From contig DIFC01000013.1 of the NCBI GenBank assembly GCA_002418945.1, positions 1 to 64,000 of the forward strand: a stretch of 64,000 bases of DNA, given 5' to 3'. Of this stretch, positions 57,074 to 64,000 are shown piece after piece (within the stretch, counting starts at the first letter, position 1; every line of letters starts with the position of its first letter). The notes beneath the pieces were generated by a model that did not search any database, was not told the origin of the DNA, and saw only the letters and a list, made by a program, of their open reading frames with translations. This DNA comes from Deltaproteobacteria bacterium UBA5758. Its GTDB lineage: Bacteria; Desulfobacterota; Syntrophorhabdia; Syntrophorhabdales; Syntrophorhabdaceae. The position numbers and the translations under genes are program-made.

Positions 57074-57952
57074 TCATATCTCCAGCCATGAATCCGAATA
57101 GAGCGTCCGGCCGAGGAGCACCCGTGCGGTCTTGACGTATTTCGCCTCCTCTTCGGACACCTTTGACAGGTCCACCGGCTCCCCGTCCATTACCTTGTGG
57201 ACGAGGGCCTCCAGCTCCGGCCTCTGGCCTTTCGCTACCGCACGCAGCTCTCTGTCAAAGGCATCGACGATCGCAGAGTACATGCCGTAGCGCTTTATCA
57301 TGATCAGGTACGTCCTGTTCATGATCCCCCGCAGGTGTGGCGGCATTCCGTTGGAGACGTTCGACAGCCCGCAGGTGGATCTGCACTTCGGGGCGAGGTC
57401 GCCGAGCATCATGACAAACTCCGTGCAGCCCTGGACCTGCATCTGCTGGCTGTTAACGGGCAGAACGATAGGGTCGAGCCATATGTCCTCTTCAAGAATG
57501 CCGTATTCTGCCGCCTCTGCGATGATCTCCGCCGCGAATAGTCCCCGCTCGTTCGCATCCCTCGGGATGCCCTCCGCGCTGAGCGTAAGCCCTATGAAGG
57601 AGGCGTTGTATCGTTTTGCAAGGGGCATAAGTCCCACCATTCTCTCGGGCCGAGCGGAGATCGAGTTTATCAGCGCCTTGCTTTTGCAGGCCCGCAACCC
57701 TGCCTCCATGGCCTCCATATTCGTTGTATCGAGGGAAAGCGGGATATCCGATACCTCCTGGATGGTCTTCACGACCCATTCCATGAACTCCGGACCTGAC
57801 TTTCGTGCGGGCCCGATATTCACATCGATCATGTCCATCCCTGCCCTCATCTCGTCCTCTGCCATCTTCCTGACAGGATAGGGATCTCTCGCAAGAAATG
57901 CCCCGGCAAGCTTCTTTGACATGATATTAAGGTTCTCGCCTATCAGTATCAT
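57074..57952 (-). CDS. acsE: Methyltetrahydrofolate:corrinoid Fe-S protein methyltransferase
   Basis: IGENLN, LSLDTTN, INSIS, GLSNVSNG, SAIVD; last gene of the acs cluster. Confidence 0.88.
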   Translation of the reverse strand: MILIGENLNIMSKKLAGAFLARDPYPVRKMAEDEMRAGMDMIDVNIGPARKSGPEFMEWVVKTIQEVSDIPLSLDTTNMEAMEAGLRACKSKALINSISARPERMVGLMPLAKRYNASFIGLTLSAEGIPRDANERGLFAAEIIAEAAEYGILEEDIWLDPIVLPVNSQQMQVQGCTEFVMMLGDLAPKCRSTCGLSNVSNGMPPHLRGIMNRTYLIMIKRYGMYSAIVDAFDRELRAVAKGQRPELEALVHKVMDGEPVDLSKVSEEEAKYVKTARVLLGRTLYSDSWLEI

Positions 57953-58002
57953 TCATCCCTCCGATACAACGTCGTATTCGGGCCGCAGGGCCGAGGGCAA
58001 CC

Positions 58003-59343
58003 TTACTGTTTCCACGTCCTCAGGTAGGCGGGCAGATGCGCGGCCTCGCGGGGACCGATAAGCACTTCCCACCCAGGCAGTTCTTCCTCAAGGTCGCCGA
58101 GGATTGCGGCAGCGTATCCCGGAATTATAACCCTCTTGTGGTGCACCTTTTCCATGATCCCGCACTTTTTCATAAAGGCGCCTACGAGGTCGCCGACAAA
58201 TTTGCCTGCCGCCCAGGCGGTCATGACCGATAGCCCCTCCGTGTCCATTACGCAGAGCCAGCACGGCACCCTCGAGTTCTCTATCTCGCCGCTGACGATA
58301 AAGTAGGTAAGGGAAAAATTGCAGGTTACGAGCACCGGCGAGCTCTCGTCGGGATTGTTGACGGGGTAGATCCCCTCCCTGGTCGTCATGGGCCTCTGGG
58401 GGTCGGTGTAGATATTCAACCTCTGCAGAAGAAGCGGGAAGAGCGTCTCGCCCTCGAAATCGCTCATCACGATGATGCCTGCGTATTTCGCCACAAAGGA
58501 CGCCGCGACAAGGACCTCTTTCATAGGGTCATCGGTCATCTCGCAGGGAAAAGTTATGGTCGGAAAGCCAAGCAGTTTGTTCTTGTTCAGGAGCGCGGCG
58601 CGCCTTATGGATATCTGGTCATAAAGACCTTCCCTGATCGACCGCTGCCCTGTATCGATAACAAGGTCTTTAAGCCCCATGCCGGCGAGCTTGCCGGAAA
58701 GGGCTGCGGCGTCTTCAATATCCTCCCCTTTTACTGCGAGAGGTGCCCCGTAATCCTTCGCCATATTGCCAAACTCTTCATAATTCTCTTTCGTCGCCGC
58801 ATACATGAGCGGCCTTCTCTCTTTCGCAATATCAAGCGCCGCTTTCATTGTTGCGGCATCATAAGACATGAGGATGATGCCGTAAGGCGTACCGCATGCC
58901 TTCTTTACGAGATCCAGGAACCTGTCCTTGTGCCCCGTATCCTTGAGGGCAAGGAGCTCGGGGCGGAGGGTCAGCCCAACGCGTTCATACTGGTACAGGG
59001 ATAATTTGGCGAATCTCTTTTCCGCCTCAGCATCGTCCATCACATCGGTGATGAGTATGGCAAGTCCCGGTTTGTTAAAAAAGGTCTTCTCGTGGCGGAA
59101 CATGACCGTCTCGCCGCCTATCCTCACTTCGTAATCCCCGGTCCCGATCGCCAGCTGCCTGATGGGCGGTGCGCTCGCATCGGACAGCTCCGCCCTCGCC
59201 TCGGGCGATACGTGAGGGCACGCGTCGAGCTCCGCCTTGCCTGCGGCCAGGGCCATTGCGAATGCAAGGCAGGTCGGGAACTTGCACTCCCCGCAGTTCG
59301 TCTTCGGCAGCATCTTCAATATCTGTATTCCTGTCAATGCCAT
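58003..59343 (-). CDS. acsC: Corrinoid Fe-S protein large (gamma) subunit
   Basis: PKTNCGECKFPTCLAFA..CP, FRHEKTF, NIYTDPQ, NFSLTYF, TAWAAGKF. Confidence 0.95.
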   Translation of the reverse strand: MALTGIQILKMLPKTNCGECKFPTCLAFAMALAAGKAELDACPHVSPEARAELSDASAPPIRQLAIGTGDYEVRIGGETVMFRHEKTFFNKPGLAILITDVMDDAEAEKRFAKLSLYQYERVGLTLRPELLALKDTGHKDRFLDLVKKACGTPYGIILMSYDAATMKAALDIAKERRPLMYAATKENYEEFGNMAKDYGAPLAVKGEDIEDAAALSGKLAGMGLKDLVIDTGQRSIREGLYDQISIRRAALLNKNKLLGFPTITFPCEMTDDPMKEVLVAASFVAKYAGIIVMSDFEGETLFPLLLQRLNIYTDPQRPMTTREGIYPVNNPDESSPVLVTCNFSLTYFIVSGEIENSRVPCWLCVMDTEGLSVMTAWAAGKFVGDLVGAFMKKCGIMEKVHHKRVIIPGYAAAILGDLEEELPGWEVLIGPREAAHLPAYLRTWKQ

Positions 59344-59383
59344 ATCTCATCTTCTCCTTTTGCTATCATTATGTCTCACAGCC

Positions 59384-59604
59384 TGTCCCGTCTTGACGGG
59401 ACCGTCCCTTTAACTAGTATTGTGAAAGGTGAAAAATGAAAGGTGAAAGGTTTTAAGCTCGGTCTTTTGCGAAGCAAAAGTTCCGAAGCCGAACGCGAGC
59501 AAATGTAAGCCGCTGGAGCGTATGAGCGTGTTTGCGGGGAAACATCCGACGCCGATGCTCATCTGTATATCCTGCATTTCACATTTCACCTCTCACTTTT
59601 CACG
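59384..59604. repeat. Structured intergenic element: tgaaagg/tttcac heptamer arms around nested hairpins, plus GTCCCGTC-TT-GACGGGAC palindrome
   Basis: Read directly from sequence; related tttcac run at 56602-56630. Confidence 0.65.
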
Positions 59605-59611
59605 GGTTTCG

Positions 59612-61819
59612 CTATATCAGCGGTTCCATCGTCAGGCAGGGATGGCCCTTCCGCGTTATATACTCGATCACCCCTTCCTCTGTCCTCGCCACCGTCTCGT
59701 CTGCTACCATGTCGGGAAAATCAGGTACGCCAAGTTCCTCGCTCCTCTTTTTGAGTCGGTCCATGACCTCTTCCTTGAGCCTTTTCGGCATCCATGCTAT
59801 CCTCAGCAAGCCGCCGTCGCCCTTCAGGAACTTCTTCTGGGTGATGTTATATTTGCTGTGGCCGAGAAAGCCCGGGGTCTGCGCTCCTCCCCCGACAGAG
59901 CCTGCAAGGGTTGTGAACTTCATGCCGCAGGGCGTCATATCGCTGAAGTCCCTGTCGACGGTCATGATCCCGTTGCACATGGGAAGGATCGCAGCTATGC
60001 ACTCGCAGCAGCCGCACGTCGTCATCGGATCGACCATGAGGCTGTAAAGGCTCACGCCCTCTATCTTCTGCCGCGATGCCTTCCTGACATAATCGTTGCA
60101 GCCGCTGAACTGCCCGTAGCGGTCATCAATGCATTCGCCTTTCTTTATCGGCTGGTTAGGACCTTCTGGATTTATCTCATATGCAGCACGGCAGTCCAGC
60201 CAGTTGTACGCGCCGCACAGGCCTGTCCTTTCGGGGCTGATGACGCAGACGTGGTTCGGCGCAAAGGACTGGCAGAGTATGCACGAATAGAAGGTCTCTG
60301 TGCTTTCGTCGGTCATTCCCTCGATCCTTGCATCCCTGTGATCGTAGGATGCGCGGGCCTTCCCGAGAACATCCCTGACCTTTTCTTCCTCGGTGTATAT
60401 CTTTATCTGGACCTTATCGAAGATAGCGCCGAAATCCTGGTGATATTTCGCGTGGATGATCTTCCCCATGTGTTCGAGCCGGAAACCCTTTTCCACGGCC
60501 TGTTTCGAGATCCGTATCCACGCGATGTCCCTCTGCCCTATATGCATGACCCCCTGGGCCTGGTTGATCAGGTGGTGGTTCTGCCTCTCGAGGATAGGCT
60601 CAAAATCCTCCTGGAAATTCCTTCCCGCAACCTCCGCCACCATGGCGAAATGGAGCCTCATCCCCGGCTGCACATCGCCCACATCGGGGCCGATCACTTC
60701 CACTTTTCCGTCTTCCACCTCTTCCATCCTTCTTGTCGTCGTCCACTCCACGGCGATGGTCCTTCCCCCTCCCATCTCAAGATAGATGTCCTCCCCGCGG
60801 ACGCGCTCCCCCTCAAAGGCCGGCCCGTAGGATACGGGAATCGGCACGCTTGCCACCTGTACCTTCAATCCTCTGACCTCAATCGCCTTCTGTACGATCT
60901 GACCGTGGGGAATATTGGAGACAACGTGCTCGTAACTGCATATGCCAGTGGGCAGCACCTCAGGGATCGGCGTGTCGGCAATGGTCGGGAATCCCCAGTT
61001 GATGGCGCCTGCGGCGTTGGCATACCATTCGTCGGTAACGTCACCGAGGGCAAGCACGAACGCGTAGGTCCTGTCCTTATTGTAGATAAGGTTCCTCCGG
61101 TAATCGCCCGGCTTGATGCCGCCGAAGGCCATGGCAACGCGGCACGCGAATCCTATCGCAAAGACCGCCTGATAGATATCGGGCCCGAAGGAAACGAGCC
61201 TGGTGGGCCAGCCGATCTGGATGCCCGCCTCGATGAGCTGCTGCGAGAACCTTTTCCCTCCGTTCTCTGCGCACATGAACACATAAAGGTTCTTCTCCTG
61301 CAGCTCAAGGGCGATCCTCGACGCCGTCTGCGGATCGGGCGCAGCTCCGACAATTGCAGCAAAGCCGGGCGCTGTTCCGTCAACGAACTCGACCCCTCTT
61401 TTTCTGAAAATGACATCGTTCGCCGCGCCGAGCCAGACCGTCTCATCGTTCGGGTCCTCGCTGTTCGCCGCGTAGGCGTAAGGCTCCTCTAGATAGCGGA
61501 TCGCCTCAATGATCTCTTCAGCGAAAAAGGTCGCCATCCCCGCATCCAGCGCAGGGGCAAGGTACGGAAGGGGGGTATTCTCGCGGACCGGAGCAGGTAT
61601 CAGCTTTTTACATAAATCGAGGATATTCTTCATGTCTTCTATCCTTGAAACACCGATGCCGGTCATGGCGTAGATGATCGGGAGGTAGTAGGCGGTATTG
61701 GGGAACCCCACTTCCTGCTTTGGGCCAAACCTCTCAAGCGCCTCTCGGTACTTCTCTTCAGCCTTGCCGAATATCTTATGTGCGCCCCTGATCGCTGCAG
61801 ATGCTATGATCTTCGACAT
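59612..61819 (-). CDS. acsB: Acetyl-CoA synthase
   Basis: FPNTAYYLP, CILCQSFAPNHVC..PER.GLCG, TCGCCEC, GGGAQTPGF. Confidence 0.96.
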   Translation of the reverse strand: MSKIIASAAIRGAHKIFGKAEEKYREALERFGPKQEVGFPNTAYYLPIIYAMTGIGVSRIEDMKNILDLCKKLIPAPVRENTPLPYLAPALDAGMATFFAEEIIEAIRYLEEPYAYAANSEDPNDETVWLGAANDVIFRKRGVEFVDGTAPGFAAIVGAAPDPQTASRIALELQEKNLYVFMCAENGGKRFSQQLIEAGIQIGWPTRLVSFGPDIYQAVFAIGFACRVAMAFGGIKPGDYRRNLIYNKDRTYAFVLALGDVTDEWYANAAGAINWGFPTIADTPIPEVLPTGICSYEHVVSNIPHGQIVQKAIEVRGLKVQVASVPIPVSYGPAFEGERVRGEDIYLEMGGGRTIAVEWTTTRRMEEVEDGKVEVIGPDVGDVQPGMRLHFAMVAEVAGRNFQEDFEPILERQNHHLINQAQGVMHIGQRDIAWIRISKQAVEKGFRLEHMGKIIHAKYHQDFGAIFDKVQIKIYTEEEKVRDVLGKARASYDHRDARIEGMTDESTETFYSCILCQSFAPNHVCVISPERTGLCGAYNWLDCRAAYEINPEGPNQPIKKGECIDDRYGQFSGCNDYVRKASRQKIEGVSLYSLMVDPMTTCGCCECIAAILPMCNGIMTVDRDFSDMTPCGMKFTTLAGSVGGGAQTPGFLGHSKYNITQKKFLKGDGGLLRIAWMPKRLKEEVMDRLKKRSEELGVPDFPDMVADETVARTEEGVIEYITRKGHPCLTMEPLI

Positions 61820-61832
61820 CCCTTCCTCCCCG

Positions 61833-63779
61833 TTAGTCCAATGCCCTTCTCATCGCCATATCGAAAAGCACCCGGTCCCTTGCCTTGTCTATGCCGAGCG
61901 CCTTTCTCTTCTTATCGATGTGCCTGATCATCAACTGCGCCGCCTGCAAGGGATCGGGCTCAAAGGCCCACATGCCCTTGTAGAGCTCCTCGTACTCTTC
62001 AAAAAGGTGTCGTGTGACCTTCTCGCTCCCCGTCGTGGGCCACGTGGTCCCGAAGACGGTAAAAATGCCCGACGCGACAAAATACTGTCCTATGGAAATG
62101 GCCTTCTCGCTCATCCACTCCGGCGCCGCGCCTGCCGCCGGTAGGTCGCTCAAGTCGTCGCCGAGGCCACCTTCCTTCACCATTGCGGTTGCGGCCATGA
62201 GTATCCTCGAGTTGTCGACGCACGATCCTAGGTGGAGCACGGGCGGTATCCCCACCGCCTCGCAGACCTCTGCGAGCCCGGAGCCGGCATAGAGCTTCGC
62301 CGCCTCGGGCGTAAGCAGCCCCTCCTTCCCGCATGCCATGGCAGCGCAGCCCGTTGTGAGGACAAGCACATCATTCCTGATGAGCTCCTTTATCATCGCG
62401 ATGTGCGCCGAATCGTGCGTCGTCCTCACGTTGTTGCATCCGACAACTCCTGCCACGCCGCGTATCCTGCCGTTCATGATATTGTCGTTCAACGGCCTGT
62501 AGCTTGCCCTGAAAAGGCCGCCGAGGAGATAATTGATCGTCTCGTGGCTGAAGCCAGCCACCATATCCTGTCTCTGATCCGGTATATAGACGGCGTGTCT
62601 TCTGTTCGGGTAATTCTCTATCGCCATCTTCAATATCCTTTTTGCCGTGTCGAGGCCATGCTCGGGATGAAACTCGATATGCACCGCGCCTTCTATCATC
62701 GCCCTGTCCGATGTGGTAATGAGCCGCGTGTGAAAACACTCCGCTACATCCTTAAGTCCCTGCATCTGACACTGGACGTCGACGGTCATGAGCTCCACCG
62801 CCCCCGTTACAAGGGCCAGCTCCTGCTGGAGGAAGTTCCCCGCGCAGGGGATCCCGTGCCTCATCAGGACCTCGTTTGCCGAGCAGCACATCCCGGCCAG
62901 GTTTATCCCTTTTGCCCCCGCACTCTCCGTCAGCCTTCTGATCTCAGGGTCCCTGCTTGCAACAACAAGGAGCTCGGGGAGGAGCGGCTCGTGCCCGTGC
63001 ACAACGACGTTCACGTTGTCCTCCTTGAGGACGCCAAGGTTGATGCTTCCCAGTACCGGCACCGGCGTGCCGAACATGATATCCTGCAGGTCCGTGGAGA
63101 TCATCGAGCCTCCCCACCCGTCCGCAATCGCAGCCCTTGAAGCCTGCTGAAGGAGATGCCGATAGTCCTGGTCAACGCCCATGTGGGTGCGGTGCATGAT
63201 CTCAACGATCTCCCTGTCAATACCGCGCGGGGCTGTGCCGAGCTTCCTCCATAATTCCTGCCTTTTCAGCGGGGCCTTTCCCAGATATACAAGCTCCCCT
63301 TCCTGCTTCCCGAATTCATTCAATGCCTTCTCGCCGAGCTCCCTAGCGATGTCGCCGGTTTCCCGCCCCTCGACGTCAATGCCGAAATCAAGCGCCACGG
63401 CAACAAGCTTCATTTCGTCCTTGATCGAAAAACCCTGCGCCTCGCCCCTCGCTGTTTTGATAAAAGTCTGTACGACCTCGCGTGCATGGTCGGAGTGCGC
63501 CGCCGCCCCTGCGGCCACCTTTCTGGCAAAATTTCTTGCCACGATCGTTTCGATCGTCGCGCCGCAGACGCCTACCCTCTCTTTTCCCTCTCCCTTTTTG
63601 GGCCGGGGAAGCCTGCAGGGCCCCATAGCACATATCTTGCAACAGCTCTCCTCGACGCCTATAGGGCAAGGCTTTAATTCGTCCGCCCGGGAAAACACGG
63701 TGTTGATCTTGTCTTTCCCGGCCTTTTCTATGAGCTCTAAGGTCGCCCTGTCGATACTCTTCGGTTTCTCTTCAGGCAT
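61833..63779 (-). CDS. cooS: Anaerobic Ni-Fe carbon monoxide dehydrogenase catalytic subunit
   Basis: CCKICAMGPC, AHSDH, HGHEP, MCCSANE, DVQC, GCNN, TTGCA, GSCVDNS, EWMSEKA. Confidence 0.96.
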   Translation of the reverse strand: MPEEKPKSIDRATLELIEKAGKDKINTVFSRADELKPCPIGVEESCCKICAMGPCRLPRPKKGEGKERVGVCGATIETIVARNFARKVAAGAAAHSDHAREVVQTFIKTARGEAQGFSIKDEMKLVAVALDFGIDVEGRETGDIARELGEKALNEFGKQEGELVYLGKAPLKRQELWRKLGTAPRGIDREIVEIMHRTHMGVDQDYRHLLQQASRAAIADGWGGSMISTDLQDIMFGTPVPVLGSINLGVLKEDNVNVVVHGHEPLLPELLVVASRDPEIRRLTESAGAKGINLAGMCCSANEVLMRHGIPCAGNFLQQELALVTGAVELMTVDVQCQMQGLKDVAECFHTRLITTSDRAMIEGAVHIEFHPEHGLDTAKRILKMAIENYPNRRHAVYIPDQRQDMVAGFSHETINYLLGGLFRASYRPLNDNIMNGRIRGVAGVVGCNNVRTTHDSAHIAMIKELIRNDVLVLTTGCAAMACGKEGLLTPEAAKLYAGSGLAEVCEAVGIPPVLHLGSCVDNSRILMAATAMVKEGGLGDDLSDLPAAGAAPEWMSEKAISIGQYFVASGIFTVFGTTWPTTGSEKVTRHLFEEYEELYKGMWAFEPDPLQAAQLMIRHIDKKRKALGIDKARDRVLFDMAMRRALD

Positions 63780-63797
63780 TCATCCTCCCCTTCCCCT

Positions 63798-63998
63798 TCA
63801 CTTCATCAGCTCCCCTATCATCTCCTTTACCAGCCTGGCGCTTTCGGGGTGCCTCATGATAAGGATATCTGCGCCGGCGAATGCAAGGGTCATTGCAGCG
63901 ACCGACTCCATCAGGACGGATCTCTTCACTTCGTCGCCCATCTTTTCGTCGTCTTCCCTTTTAAGCCGCGCCTCTTTTGTCTTCCATACCTCATGGGC
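63798..63998 (-). CDS. acsD: Corrinoid Fe-S protein small (delta) subunit, 3' end only
   Basis: Reads AHEVWKTKEA...LMESVAAMTLAFAGADILIMRHPES...*. Confidence 0.85.
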   Translation of the reverse strand, partial: AHEVWKTKEARLKREDDEKMGDEVKRSVLMESVAAMTLAFAGADILIMRHPESARLVKEMIGELMK

Positions 63999-64000
63999 AA

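Noticed and set aside
57074..57952. Dihydropteroate synthase
   Set aside because: The pterin-binding fold is shared, but acs context and GLSNVS motif indicate AcsE
59522..61492. 656-aa plus-strand ORF
   Set aside because: Antisense shadow of acsB, with no recognisable motifs

Overview
64 kb of chromosome from an anaerobic bacterium. Gene content and order suggest a deltaproteobacterium (Desulfobacterota/Syntrophorhabdus-like); this is inference only. From left to right: the tail of a pst operon with two pstB copies; a sigma54-controlled 4-hydroxybutyrate-type catabolic unit (enhancer-binding activator, Liv-type ABC importer, abfD, small Cys protein, CoA-transferase); an SPFH/zinc-ribbon gene pair; the housekeeping run radical SAM-rng-ispE-spoVG-tRNA-Gln-prs-rplY-pth-ychF; PMM/ROK/DUF72/LOG/trmI; exbBD-tonB; an Smr gene broken by an in-frame TAA; a 240-bp transposase-remnant element; proC-pcm-rpoS-murJ; a 12-kb GntR-regulated catabolic island; cobO, HD protein, ubiE/menG, DUF853 and a GH13 enzyme; and a Wood-Ljungdahl carbonyl-branch cluster (acsD partial, cooS, acsB, acsC, acsE). 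The best candidate for an undescribed system is the island at 35.5-47.7 kb. It combines two-subunit aconitase X, a TRAP transporter, a split B12 acyl-CoA mutase with a heavily remodelled active site plus MeaB, an MmgE/PrpD enzyme, a CoA ligase and DUF169. Intergenic DNA is rich in REP-like hairpin mosaics and 6-9-mer periodic inverted repeats, some of which have entered coding sequences. No CRISPR array, rRNA or prophage was seen. All assignments are by motif recognition without database searches.
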